A stretch of 64,000 nt of DNA from Nostochopsis sp. (lineage in GTDB: Bacteria > Cyanobacteriota > Cyanobacteriia > Cyanobacteriales > Nostocaceae): the NCBI GenBank assembly GCA_051172755.1, contig JBMNDX010000001.1:863566-927565 (forward strand), in the 5' to 3' direction. The translations under genes and the position numbers were made by a program. The notes beneath the pieces were generated by a model. It did not search any database. It was not told the DNA's origin and was given only the letters and a program-made list of their open reading frames with translations. Each line of letters starts with the position of its first letter. The first letter of the stretch is position 1. Of the stretch, positions 1-10,147 are shown piece after piece.

Positions 1-244
1 AATACGCATAAAAAAAGCTCATGATGTATTCTATCTACTTCCGAATTCACCGGAAATTGCTGCTTTAATATATTTGCTTTTATACCGATACTCTGCAAAA
101 TTGCTGATTTAATAGTTTGTATGATGAATATTTAGATACCATAGCACTCCATTTATCACAAATGCTACGGTATTAAGTGTTGTGTAATGGAAAATCTATA
201 GGGTGTTCGTATTTACCAAAACTATTAATACTTGTTATCTATAG

Positions 245-360
245 GACAATACGGTTCAGTTAAGGATTTTTGGTACAAAAAATTGGTGTGTAGAGACGCG
301 CATGGCTTCGCTAAGGCGCGTCTCTACAAAGAATTGTGGGCTTAACTGAACTGTATTGAT
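245..360. repeat. MITE-like nested palindromic element; core TAGAGACGCGC-ATGGCTTCGCTAAGG-CGCGTCTCTA with outer inverted arms CAATACGGTTCAGTTAAG/CTTAACTGAACTGTATTG
   Basis: Perfect inner inverted repeat at 291-326 and outer inverted arms read directly. Related copies at 27960-28050 (inverted orientation) and a rearranged copy at 5225-5310. Confidence 0.7.
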
Positions 361-649
361 CTATAGGAATCCGCTTAGATTTTTGAAAAAATCTAAGTAT
401 ATGTAGGGTGTGTTACGGACTCCGTCCTAACGCACCAAAGCCTTCGGACTACGTGTATTTCAAAAATCAAAGATGAGTCTGATATTTCCCTTTTCTTTTT
501 TCCGTAAATTGAAAATTGACAGATTACTAGTTGCTTTTTTATGACTTCTAACAACAGTCTAAATATAAAGACATATTATCAGGCAAGTCTGTATCTAGAT
601 TTTGGTGTTTATGTTTGATATTTAGGCTTTTATACTATAGGAAATTAAT

Positions 650-1045
650 ATGTCAGTACCTACAATTGGACAATTAGAGAGAGAAATTTCCAATCGTATT
701 CGTTCTCTGTATAATGTTGAGTTTGGGTTACGTCCTAGTAAAATAAATTGTCATTTTTTTCATGGAGAATTAGCAATTATCTTAGAAAACTCTGTGAGTA
801 AAATTGAGCAAATATTGCTTAAATCTGGTTCTGGTATCTTAGCTGAACAAGTAAGGAACGATATAAATAGAATTATTGTGCCGCAGATTCAAGATTTGAT
901 TGAGGAAGTGATTGGCAAACCTGTATTGGACTTAATTAGCCACACAAATTTAACAACAGGACGAACAGGTATGATTGCTTTTATCGGAAATTTGCCAGAG
1001 GTTCGCAATCCTCAAGCTATTCCTAAAGCTCATAAAAAAAAGTAA
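650..1045 (+). CDS. DUF2294 / MpsC-like small protein
   Basis: 131-aa ORF. Sequence pattern is typical of the DUF2294 family, which is common in cyanobacteria next to response regulators. Confidence 0.5.
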   Translation: MSVPTIGQLEREISNRIRSLYNVEFGLRPSKINCHFFHGELAIILENSVSKIEQILLKSGSGILAEQVRNDINRIIVPQIQDLIEEVIGKPVLDLISHTNLTTGRTGMIAFIGNLPEVRNPQAIPKAHKKK

Positions 1046-1101
1046 CTGACTCGAATAGCAATGCATTTGTAATTTAGTTAGTAGTTGCTTGTTGATGGTT
1101 T

Positions 1102-1128
1102 TAGAGACGTGAAAAATAGCACGTCTCG
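1102..1128. repeat. short palindrome TAGAGACGTG-N-CACGTCTC, a variant of the GTAGAGACG repeat family
   Basis: Inverted repeat read directly. Shares the TAGAGACG core with the elements at 291, 15481, 16113, 27978 and 48207. Confidence 0.5.
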
Positions 1129-1245
1129 TCTCGAAATTTGGGATGCTCCCCTAGATTTATTTTTGATTTTTTAATTATTTTATGCCGCTACTATTTCCAC
1201 TTTTCGATATCTTAATTTTCCTATTTCAAATTCCCAGGCACATGC

Positions 1246-1644
1246 TTAGTTAAAAGAATGTAATAGGCTCAGATGGCGGTGAAGACAAAATTGTATTTGA
1301 TGGAAATTAAATGGTTTGGCTATACAATCAACAGCTCCGCTCTGGATAGTAGGATTTAAATTTTGTGACATGCTTCCAGATATTAGCCCAATAATTGGTA
1401 TTTGCTTGGTTTCTAAATTACGCTTGAGGTAATAAATAACTTGGATACTATTCAAATCAGGCAGAACCATATCTAAAAAAATTAAATCTGGTTTATGAGT
1501 TTGTGCCAAAATTAAAGCTCTTACCCCTTGTTTTGCACACATGCATGAAAATTGTAGTTTTTTAACATAACTATTGAGAATTTCTAATTCATGTAGGTTT
1601 GGCTCTACAACTAAAATCAATGGCTGCCTATTTATAAACATCAA
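1246..1644 (-). CDS. CheY-like receiver domain protein (stand-alone REC)
   Basis: Conserved phospho-acceptor Asp in IFLDMVLPD and conserved Lys in IAKPF. The N-terminal acidic pocket is atypical (VVEPNLHE). Confidence 0.6.
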   Translation of the reverse strand: MMFINRQPLILVVEPNLHELEILNSYVKKLQFSCMCAKQGVRALILAQTHKPDLIFLDMVLPDLNSIQVIYYLKRNLETKQIPIIGLISGSMSQNLNPTIQSGAVDCIAKPFNFHQIQFCLHRHLSLLHSFN

Positions 1645-1990
1645 GAATCCTCACACATTTGATTAGCATTTGAGAAAAATCTTCGTAGCCAGGTTATTTT
1701 TCTCACAAAGAGTTACGAGGATTCCTCCAGACGGCTATAATATGTGCGTGCTGTCTGAACGGATTAACTCGTGTGTGACTAACTAGGTTGGGTATCTGCA
1801 CTAGTATTCAGGATAGAACACCACAAGCTAGTGGCACTAACAAGCAGATATAATGCTAACAAATGCATGTATAGTCAAGAGTTAGTTGACAAAAATTTAT
1901 CTTTGTAGGGCTTGCACCCATACAGTGGTTAGTGGTTAGTTTTCTAATCCCCGTCAACAATGTATATTGAAAAAATTGGGATGCTGCCTA

Positions 1991-3793
1991 TCAAAAGGGA
2001 TTGACAATGATGGAAAAGTACAAACCGTTTTCTTGCCAAGAGTCTTTCTCCTCGGAATCAACTGAAATTAAAGGAATACCCCAATCAAGGCGAGCGGTGA
2101 GATTGTCTTCAAGTTGTAAGCGCAGCCCTAATCCTATAGATAGCAAGATATTGCTATTGAGTTCAATTTCTGTGTCTTCTCTACCAGAATCATTCCAAGC
2201 ATTGCCGAAATCCACAAAGGGAGTCACCTGTAAAAAGTTCCTGCGTCCTGAGAAGCGAACGATGGGAATTCGCACTTCCGCAGATGCAAAAATACCGTTA
2301 TCTGTCAATAAAGCATCTTGACGATAGCCCCGCACGGAATTTAAGCCCCCAATACCAATTTGTTCAAAGGGAACGAGTGGTCTATCTGCTAGTTGTATGT
2401 CACCTCGTAGCAGCAACAAAGTATCGCGACCCAATAAGCGTACCCACTGTCCTTGTCCTCTCCAAGAGACAAAACGACTATCGGGAAAGGTTTCATTGAT
2501 AGTGGCGTCAAAAAGACCAACTCCGACACTTAACTGAGAACGCATAGCAAATACTTGCTGGCTATCACGAGAAACCCATTGTTGAAAAAAGCGCACAGCT
2601 GTTACTCGTGTTCTTCCTTCGGCGTCTGCACCTGACCCCGGAAAAGGAGTTTCGTCATCCAAAAATATGGCTTTACTGCGACGATGAGTTGCTGTTATGC
2701 CTAAGAGAAATTCTTGAGTAGTTTTTTGTAGTATGGGCTGAGTTAGTGTTAGTTCGTAGTAATTAGTGTTTGATTGAATATCAAGAACATCAAACGGTTT
2801 TTCTATAACTTTATTATCAGAAAGACCATAGCTAAATGACAAAGTGCCATTGCGAGAGTTGATGGGCAAGGTATAGTTTAAATCAAAGGCATTACTACCA
2901 TCTGTATTGGCGTAAGCAGCACTAATGCTATCGCCCGATCCAGAAAGATTGGCTTCGCTTAGTTCTATTTGCCGACGAAAAGCGCCGATAGCTGGCGATC
3001 GCCCATTATCCAAAGTGAACTTTACATTAAAAGTATTGGCTTCTGTAATTTTTACTTCTAGTAAACTTTGAGCAGGACGAGATCCTGCTGACAATTCTGC
3101 TGATAAGGCTTCAATTAAAGGATTAAGTTGTAATAACTGCAATGCTTCTAACAAGCGATCGCTATTTAGGGGTTTTTTTGTGACTAGAGCAAGACGACTT
3201 TGTAAATATTTAGGGTTAAGTTTTTGAGCACCTGTAACTTTTATGTCTTCTAGTTCACCCTCAACAACCCTAATTTCCACTACACCATTCTGCAATTTTT
3301 GCGGGGGAATATAAGCCCCAGATGTGATGTATCCTTTGTTTACATAAAATTGAGTAATCTTTGAACTAACTTGGAACAGTTCTGCAAAGGTAATAGGGCG
3401 ATTCGTAAAAGTTTTAGTAATTTCGTCAAAATCTTCAGGACTAAAAACCGTACTACCTGTGATTTTAAATTTTTTCACGATGATAGTTTGGGGAACTTCA
3501 CCACTTGGGGTTGGTTCTGGAATTGGAGTTGTTGTTCCAGGAGGTTGCAATAATTCCTCTGGAGACGGTAAAGGTAATGCTGGTGACTGTTCTGGTAAAG
3601 GCTGACTTGAGGGAAGTTTATCAAGTAGAGGTCTGACATTTGGAATTTGAGCAGTTTTGTGATTTGATATTTGCGTTGTTTGAATAACTTGGGCTTTTAG
3701 TGGCTTGATTGCTGTTGTACTAAAGATTATTACTACACTCACCCAATACCAGTATTTAAACATATTTAATTGGAATTGAATGTTACTGGACAT
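1991..3793 (-). CDS. TpsB / ShlB-FhaC family outer-membrane two-partner-secretion transporter (POTRA plus beta-barrel)
   Basis: 600 aa with an N-terminal signal-anchor and a POTRA-like segment (FKITGSTVFSPEDFDEITK). The C-terminal region is typical of ShlB/FhaC-type barrels and ends with an aromatic residue (F). Confidence 0.65.
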   Translation of the reverse strand: MSSNIQFQLNMFKYWYWVSVVIIFSTTAIKPLKAQVIQTTQISNHKTAQIPNVRPLLDKLPSSQPLPEQSPALPLPSPEELLQPPGTTTPIPEPTPSGEVPQTIIVKKFKITGSTVFSPEDFDEITKTFTNRPITFAELFQVSSKITQFYVNKGYITSGAYIPPQKLQNGVVEIRVVEGELEDIKVTGAQKLNPKYLQSRLALVTKKPLNSDRLLEALQLLQLNPLIEALSAELSAGSRPAQSLLEVKITEANTFNVKFTLDNGRSPAIGAFRRQIELSEANLSGSGDSISAAYANTDGSNAFDLNYTLPINSRNGTLSFSYGLSDNKVIEKPFDVLDIQSNTNYYELTLTQPILQKTTQEFLLGITATHRRSKAIFLDDETPFPGSGADAEGRTRVTAVRFFQQWVSRDSQQVFAMRSQLSVGVGLFDATINETFPDSRFVSWRGQGQWVRLLGRDTLLLLRGDIQLADRPLVPFEQIGIGGLNSVRGYRQDALLTDNGIFASAEVRIPIVRFSGRRNFLQVTPFVDFGNAWNDSGREDTEIELNSNILLSIGLGLRLQLEDNLTARLDWGIPLISVDSEEKDSWQENGLYFSIIVNPF

Positions 3794-4258
3794 AGTACGA
3801 GCTATGTGACAATCCTGAACTAAAATAATTAAATATCTCTGAGTATATTTGGCTTTTTATCAGTTTTTTAATATTGATTATGATAATCTTAAATATACTT
3901 TAATTATGCTTTAAACATATATACTAACAAAACGATATTTAAATATAATTCAATCACAATGTATTATGATCTTCACGTAATTTTATGGTTTAATTCTGTG
4001 TCTATGGTGAGCAATCAAAGTGTTTGATGAAGTGTTTGATGATTAGCATGGTTTTATATCACTAATGATTCATCATTTTCAAAGCTTAAACTAAAAGTGA
4101 TTATAGTTGCAAGTACTTACAGAAAATACTACATCAAAAATTTTCGTTGAATCAATGTGATTAAGATTACTTTTTTGTACTGAGAGTAAATATTTATTTT
4201 TTTACCCTTGATAGCATAATACTTTCAAGCTCATAGTACATAAGAATATAGTGTTAAA

Positions 4259-4304
4259 GCATACTAAGCATATGTCATACTTTCATGACATATGCTTAGT
4301 ATGC
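4259..4304. repeat. perfect 20-bp inverted repeat (GCATACTAAGCATATGTCAT / ATGACATATGCTTAGTATGC) with a 6-nt loop
   Basis: Read directly. Sits inside a ~900-bp AT-rich non-coding stretch (3794-4700). Confidence 0.8.
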
Positions 4305-4400
4305 CTGATTTAGACCCTCTAAAATAAATTCAATAGGAAGCAATAAGAGTGGTATTAACTTTTCGTATGTTGGTATTAGTATTTAGTGTTCAAGATTTTT

Positions 4401-4598
4401 TCAATCTATTAAAATAGCTTTTCTAGGACGAATTCGAGTTAGAACTCTGATGTTTTTGCCTTCGTTTTTAATTCCTAAAGCTTCTTGTAGTTTATGCCAG
4501 TAGTAGCGCATCATGCCTTCTGAGACACAGATATTTTCAGCGATCGCGTCTAATTTCATATATATAAATCCGAAATTATTTGTGAATGACAAAAACAA
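4401..4598 (-). other. short ORF (52-65 aa) resembling an HTH-containing fragment, possibly a transposase N-terminus
   Basis: Sequence MKLDAIAENICVSEGMMRYYWHKLQEALGIKNEGKNIRVL has an HTH-like pattern only. No complete gene is present. Confidence 0.2.
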
Positions 4599-5224
4599 AA
4601 AACCCGATTTTTGAATAGGGTGAGATTAATTTTAGAGGGTGTTTGAAAAGTTCGTTTTCATGTATCCTGGCGATGTTCGCCCTGCGCGGCTTCCCGAAAG
4701 GTAGCCTGCTTACGCAGGCTATAATTAGTCCACAAAGGCGAACTTGGTTTGTAAAGCAAGAGACTTCCAGTCTGTCTGTGGTGTGGGGATTTTAAAGATT
4801 TGGGATGCTCTCAATAACAGCGATCGCGTACCAAAATTAAGCTATCTTTCCACCTGTTTGATCACTTTTCCTGCTTCACCCTTACTTTTTGATTTGTCTT
4901 TGACGATAACTTTGACTCTCACACCAACGCCTTTTTTTACTAAAACGCGGACTTTAACAATGAGATTACCGACTTTGACTAGAACCTCAACCTTAACCGG
5001 CATGAGTTTTCTATTAAAGGATTAAAAACATCCCTTTAAAGTTGGCATAGATTAATTAGATTATCAGTCCAATCTCATACAGTCGGCAAAGTTTAAATTG
5101 TGATTAAAAACACAATAATAAGGCGCTCTCGTAAGCTAATGAGCATTTAAGTTGCATAAAACCAGGGCTGAAGCCCTTACTACAAGCGAATCAGTCTGGA
5201 AAAATGAATGACGATGAGCTTACG

Positions 5225-5310
5225 ATCAATACGGTTCGGATAAGACAAATCTAAGACGTGCCTTAGCGAAGCCATGCGCTACAGCGCTATTGGTACGTCT
5301 CTACATGTTC
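5225..5310. repeat. degenerate, rearranged copy of the MITE-like element (contains CAATACGGTTC, CCTTAGCGAAGCCATGCGC, GTACGTCTCTACA)
   Basis: Sequence similarity to 245-360 read directly. Confidence 0.5.
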
Positions 5311-5349
5311 AAAATTATGAGGAAATTACAATGATATTGGTGTGTAAAT

Positions 5350-6534
5350 TTACACTTCTAATGAAGAACGGAACAAAACGCGTCCTGGAATTACCTCATC
5401 GTTAATCTTGGCATACACCCGCAGACAGGCGGACACTTCTCCTGGTATACCACCAATCTCTAGTTGTAAATCGTCTTTTGACCAAGTATAGATATCGGCG
5501 TAGGTTCCCCACAATGGGCGGATTTGTATTTGATAACCAGCATCACGGGCTTTTTCCACGACGCCATCAAGAGTACGACGGGCTTCTTGTTGGAGTTTTC
5601 CCCACCAAGAAAAGCGATCGCACGGTGGCAAATATACTAAAGAATGAATCGCCTCATCTAAATCTAATCTAGCCCGGAGTGCGATCGCTGGGTCACCATT
5701 GGTACTAGTAAGGACACGCTGAAACCGGTCTACCAGTGCTGTCACATACTTAGATTTTTCTGAATCTGAACTTAAAGGTCTAACACCAAAGCGGTCTACG
5801 GTTTTTAAAGTATGGTGTAAACACGTATCTGCTTCGATAAAATAGAGACAAACAGATACAACCCCAGCTAAAACATCTAATCCCCCACCTCTTTTTTCTA
5901 CTTGCAACTGTGGATCAAAATCAACCTGATCTGAGAAAAACAAGCCAGTTGCATAAACACTTCCCTGTAAACCAGAGTAAACAGGTTCATTGCGGCTAAA
6001 ACCAACCTGTTGGACAGCAAACTTTTCTTCCAAAGCACCTAATTGACTGACTTCCGCCAAAATGCATTCCCGCCAAATATGAGCTAGTTTTTCCGGAACT
6101 CGTAGCAGCAAGCGTTGGATTTCGTTCCACAAATCTAGATCATTTTTGCTGTGAAACTTGTACACACCAACATATTGCAACAATTCTTGATCACCCAGCA
6201 AAGCATCACCAATGTGTTTAAGTTTCTGTTCTTGGGGAATTTCCAACTGAATTGGTTCCAGTACATCTTCCCAGGTGGGGGGAGCGGGAGTGTGGGGAGT
6301 GTGGGGAGTGTGGGGAGTTTCCTGTGGTTGCAAAAGTTGATCTAATTCGCACACCAGTTCTTGACAAGCGCTGTTACCTGGATCTGTTGTATCTTCTTTG
6401 AGTGCTTCTTGTAATTGAGTTCGCAGTCCATGTAAACCTAACCGCAGTACCCAAGCTAATTTTGAGTCCTCAATTTCCAATAACTTGCTGAGGTGCTGCA
6501 TGTTCTCTCCATTATTTCTGCAATACTGACGCAA
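5350..6534 (-). CDS. hypothetical protein, third gene of the dynamin/Hsp70-like operon; carries an HTPHTPHTP repeat
   Basis: 394-aa ORF. The start is more likely 6502 (MQHLSK), which is preceded by GGAGAGAAC. No recognisable domain. Confidence 0.55.
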   Translation of the reverse strand: MRQYCRNNGENMQHLSKLLEIEDSKLAWVLRLGLHGLRTQLQEALKEDTTDPGNSACQELVCELDQLLQPQETPHTPHTPHTPAPPTWEDVLEPIQLEIPQEQKLKHIGDALLGDQELLQYVGVYKFHSKNDLDLWNEIQRLLLRVPEKLAHIWRECILAEVSQLGALEEKFAVQQVGFSRNEPVYSGLQGSVYATGLFFSDQVDFDPQLQVEKRGGGLDVLAGVVSVCLYFIEADTCLHHTLKTVDRFGVRPLSSDSEKSKYVTALVDRFQRVLTSTNGDPAIALRARLDLDEAIHSLVYLPPCDRFSWWGKLQQEARRTLDGVVEKARDAGYQIQIRPLWGTYADIYTWSKDDLQLEIGGIPGEVSACLRVYAKINDEVIPGRVLFRSSLEV

Positions 6535-6552
6535 AATCTCTCTCTTATTTCT

Positions 6553-6617
6553 TCCTCTGCGTTCTCTGCGTCTCTGTGGTTAAATAAAAACCGCAGAGAC
6601 ACAGAGGACACAGAGTT
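6553..6617. repeat. intergenic palindromic hairpin (CTCTGCGTCTCTGTGGTT-loop-AACCGCAGAGACACAGAG), shared with 10070-10135
   Basis: Imperfect inverted repeat read directly. A near-identical arm sequence lies in the other internal spacer of the same operon. Confidence 0.65.
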
Positions 6618-6619
6618 TC

Positions 6620-9600
6620 TCAGTGCAATCCGCAAAATGGATCGCGTTCTGTCTCGACGTTGTTAGACTGAGCTTGGAGGGAATCAGGGTAAACGCATCC
6701 CTCTATTTTCAGACATTCGGGATTTGTTGATGTCCAGTAGGGTACTTCAAACGCGTGGATTCGCAAGATACCTTGTTTGTTGAGGGAGACGTAATATTTA
6801 CAAGGATATTCGGATTTGATGTCTGGTTGGGGAAGTTCGCCGATCAGTTCCCATGTGTTTGATTCTGGGTTGCGAAATTGGAAGTAAAATGTGTGTTTAC
6901 CACTGACGGGGAAGGGTGGTAATTCTGCGATTAAACCTATTCCTTGGATTTGGGTGTCATCTTCGTTGTAACGAAATATTTGTACTTCTTGGTTTTGATT
7001 GGTGGAAAATAGTACTGTGTGAGCATCGGTTTTGAAGGCGTTGGCTGATTCGGCGACGTTGACGGCGATATCACAGACGACTTCTCCATGATCAGAAATC
7101 ACTGTTTGTGTGGCGATCGCTTTGGCTGAATCAAGACAAGGTATATTAATGGGGATGAGATAATGGGGTTTACCTCGTGAAAGTAGTAGGTCGATGTCTA
7201 GTTTTTGGTTGATTTCAAATTGGACTTGAATGTTGTTTTTAAAGTCTTCTTCGCTCAATCCCAATTTTTTCATCAGGATATCGCCGTTGTAGCTACCCCA
7301 AAGTTGGAGTTTCATGTTCTCGAAGTCTTGACGTCTGACGTTGTTGGTTAATTGCATTCCCATCCAACGACTGCGATATTTGGCGATCGCATCTGTGGCT
7401 TGAAGTTGATATAATTCTTGTCCAGCGTGAAAGATGGGATCGGGACTACCGCCGATAACTTCGCGCACGAAGGAGCAGGGGAGAAAGTAAAATAGATTTT
7501 TGACATCTATATATAGTTGGTTTGCGCCTTTTTTGAGTAAGTCTTTGGCTTGTTGGGGAGAGAAGCTGAGTTGTCTGAGTTTTTCAGCGAAGCAAGCGCC
7601 GGCGGATGTGGCTAGTTTGGTGTATTCTGGTTCAAAGGTGACGCGTTCTTCGTTCCAAAGAAAGTAGTCGGATTTGCTGAAGACTCGGTAGAGTTCGCGT
7701 TCGACAATTTCTAAGTTGCAGGTTTTACCGGAAAGGATTAACCAATCGACTGTTTCTGTGGAGTCATCAGGATTGAGGGATTTGTTTTTAAAGGCGTTTT
7801 CGATTAATCCTTGGGCGATACCGACTGCTTCTTTGACTACGGGTGCGACTGCTTTTTCAAATTGTTCGACGGTGATGGTGATGTTGAGGCGATCGCTCAC
7901 GCTGCTAGGTAAGGTAATATCGTTGTGTAGCAGCAGTTCTGAGATTTTTTGCTCATCGAGGATGAATAAAGGTGTATCGAGTGTTTGACGTTTTTGTCCA
8001 AGGGTGAGTTTGGCTGCTTCGGCGTGTTCCCAAAGGGTGTAAAATGTTTGAGCGCGGGATGGAGCATTTTTCCACCGGGTGGGAAGGACTTTTTCGGCGT
8101 CGTTTAAAGCTTCTTTGTAAGCTTCTCCTTCGCGCACTTCGTTATCAATACAAGCTAACAACGAACCTGGTTGATATTTACCGTTTTGCAGAAAGCGATC
8201 GCTTAATTCTTCCGGTTGAACTTTTAAGATATCTCTGGGTAAGATTTCCTCTACAATTGCAGTTAGTAAACAATCGGCTATTGCTGCTTTCAATAATAAA
8301 AATAGCCGCAAGGTAATTAACTCACCACCCAGTTGCAGATGTCCAGAGGAACCGAGTAGTTTGGGTGTAAGTTTATAGTAGCGTCCACCGTCACCTCGAT
8401 CTTCTCCTGGTTCAAAGGGATTAATTTCTTTGAGGGAAAGACGAATTAAGGCTAAATCGGTAGTTCCACCACCAATATCCAACACCATCACATTTTGCCA
8501 CCATTTCTCCCCATCCTGGCGACAGCGAGTTTTAAAAGATTCAATTCCTAAATTTAAATCGCCGCCAAATTCTCGCCAGAGGAAAAATATTGCCACGGAA
8601 ACAGCTTCGTCATAAGCCATTTGCACATCTTCGATATCTAGCTGTTTCACCAACTGTTCAATTTCTCGGCGGACAAAAGGCGAAGCAATAGTTGGGTATG
8701 TCACCACCGTGCGGTAAAATTTACCTTGGGAACATTTGCCCGAACGCTGGCGATATTTTTCGGTTAACTCGATTAATTGAGCATAAGCTGCTTGCAAAAG
8801 CTTGTTAACAGGGATGGAATCTTCTTGATCATTGAGAGTAATTTGAAAAGAACGTTCTTGTCCAAAATAACGTTTTGGTGAATGCAAAAATCTGCTATCA
8901 ATTCCCTCACCTTGTCTAATCGCATCCAGACGGTGTTGTTTAGCTTGTTCACCCAAACTAACTTTGACTTTTAGGGGATCATTGGTTGGTAAAAACGGTT
9001 CTAAGCCAATAACTTCCAACTCGCTAGGAATTTCACTCAAACGTCGATCTTTATCCAACTCTACCGAGATCAAACTTTGCCATTCTAGGGGTGGAACCCG
9101 AAACACTTCATGATAAATTTGATTTAAACGTTTACTAGCAGACCGACGAAACCAAGGTAAACGCTTACTCAAAGCAATTTCAATTTGACGAATAGCTTCT
9201 AAAAATTGCTCTCCATTTAAATTGCGTAAATTGACATTACTATCAACCTGGATATTTTTACTCACTTCAATCAAAAATCTTTGCCATTCCTGCGCCCAAG
9301 CATCCTGACCAATACCTGCTACATTATCCACAGGACGTTGAGTTAACCATGTCGATAAGCGATCGCGCAACCTCGCTTCTTGTTCGCTAGGTAAACTATG
9401 GGGTGTGACAATCACCTTGGGATCGTACAGCGTCACTGTAGAATTAGATGTGCCAAAATCAATCGCAAACCAACCAGGATAAGTAATCTCCGGTTGATTT
9501 TCAACTTGCGTCGCTGGTACTTCAGCAGGTAACTTTACTTCTTCATCCGGTAAAGTTTGGGGAACTGTATTTTTAAAAGAGTTTAAGACTGAATCGGTAA

Positions 9601-10039
9601 AAGACATGAGTGGATTTTTAATTGAGTAATCTTTGATGGGATAAGTCCAGATATTGCATTCAGCAGTTGTCTGTTTGTTAATAGACAAAAGCGGATCACC
9701 CGTTGCGTCTGATTCAAAATACTCGATAATTATTTGCAAATTACAATTAACACCTGTGGGTAAAGGTTCATTCCAGCGACAATCACTTTGTCTTAATCGC
9801 TGGGGAGTATTCAGCTGTAAAAGCTTGTGCGTACCAAAGTTTACACTTTTATAAGCCGATTGCATCACTATCGCCAAGTCTTCTGGTATACCAGAAACAA
9901 ATATATTAATGCGGAAAATGTGAGGAAAATGAGGATTAGGAACAGGCTTAATTTCAATAGCAGGTAATAATAATAAAGATGGATCGTTGGGATGTGTACG
10001 TAATTGGTAACGATTAAAAAGTTCTATCTTGATTGGCAT
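6620..10039 (-). CDS. giant Hsp70/actin-fold ATPase-like protein (1139 aa) with N- and C-terminal extensions
   Basis: Hsp70 phosphate-1 motif AIDFGTSNSTV and phosphate-2 motif VLDIGGGTTDL are present. A weak adenosine-motif equivalent is LILSGKTCNLEIV. Spacing is larger than in DnaK. Confidence 0.65.
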   Translation of the reverse strand: MPIKIELFNRYQLRTHPNDPSLLLLPAIEIKPVPNPHFPHIFRINIFVSGIPEDLAIVMQSAYKSVNFGTHKLLQLNTPQRLRQSDCRWNEPLPTGVNCNLQIIIEYFESDATGDPLLSINKQTTAECNIWTYPIKDYSIKNPLMSFTDSVLNSFKNTVPQTLPDEEVKLPAEVPATQVENQPEITYPGWFAIDFGTSNSTVTLYDPKVIVTPHSLPSEQEARLRDRLSTWLTQRPVDNVAGIGQDAWAQEWQRFLIEVSKNIQVDSNVNLRNLNGEQFLEAIRQIEIALSKRLPWFRRSASKRLNQIYHEVFRVPPLEWQSLISVELDKDRRLSEIPSELEVIGLEPFLPTNDPLKVKVSLGEQAKQHRLDAIRQGEGIDSRFLHSPKRYFGQERSFQITLNDQEDSIPVNKLLQAAYAQLIELTEKYRQRSGKCSQGKFYRTVVTYPTIASPFVRREIEQLVKQLDIEDVQMAYDEAVSVAIFFLWREFGGDLNLGIESFKTRCRQDGEKWWQNVMVLDIGGGTTDLALIRLSLKEINPFEPGEDRGDGGRYYKLTPKLLGSSGHLQLGGELITLRLFLLLKAAIADCLLTAIVEEILPRDILKVQPEELSDRFLQNGKYQPGSLLACIDNEVREGEAYKEALNDAEKVLPTRWKNAPSRAQTFYTLWEHAEAAKLTLGQKRQTLDTPLFILDEQKISELLLHNDITLPSSVSDRLNITITVEQFEKAVAPVVKEAVGIAQGLIENAFKNKSLNPDDSTETVDWLILSGKTCNLEIVERELYRVFSKSDYFLWNEERVTFEPEYTKLATSAGACFAEKLRQLSFSPQQAKDLLKKGANQLYIDVKNLFYFLPCSFVREVIGGSPDPIFHAGQELYQLQATDAIAKYRSRWMGMQLTNNVRRQDFENMKLQLWGSYNGDILMKKLGLSEEDFKNNIQVQFEINQKLDIDLLLSRGKPHYLIPINIPCLDSAKAIATQTVISDHGEVVCDIAVNVAESANAFKTDAHTVLFSTNQNQEVQIFRYNEDDTQIQGIGLIAELPPFPVSGKHTFYFQFRNPESNTWELIGELPQPDIKSEYPCKYYVSLNKQGILRIHAFEVPYWTSTNPECLKIEGCVYPDSLQAQSNNVETERDPFCGLH

Positions 10040-10069
10040 TTTTTCAAATATAAAATTTAGTTTAGTTTT

Positions 10070-10135
10070 TTCTCTGTGTACTCTGCGCCTCTGTGGTTGA
10101 TAAATTATTGATTGAACCGCAGAGTACGCAGAGAG
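10070..10135. repeat. intergenic palindromic hairpin (CTCTGTGTACTCTGCGCCTCTGTGGTT-loop-AACCGCAGAGTACGCAGAGAG)
   Basis: Read directly. Paralogous to 6553-6617. Confidence 0.65.
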
Positions 10136-10147
10136 GAGAGGTGAGAG

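Noticed and set aside
7716-8316. Antisense ORFs (90 aa each) inside the Hsp70-like gene, and similar antisense ORFs inside other long genes (11226-11945, 36042-36290, 38583-38819, 53518-54079, 39449-41069)
   Set aside because: They are embedded antisense to strongly supported long CDSs, have no start context or conservation signal, and are typical spurious six-frame ORFs.
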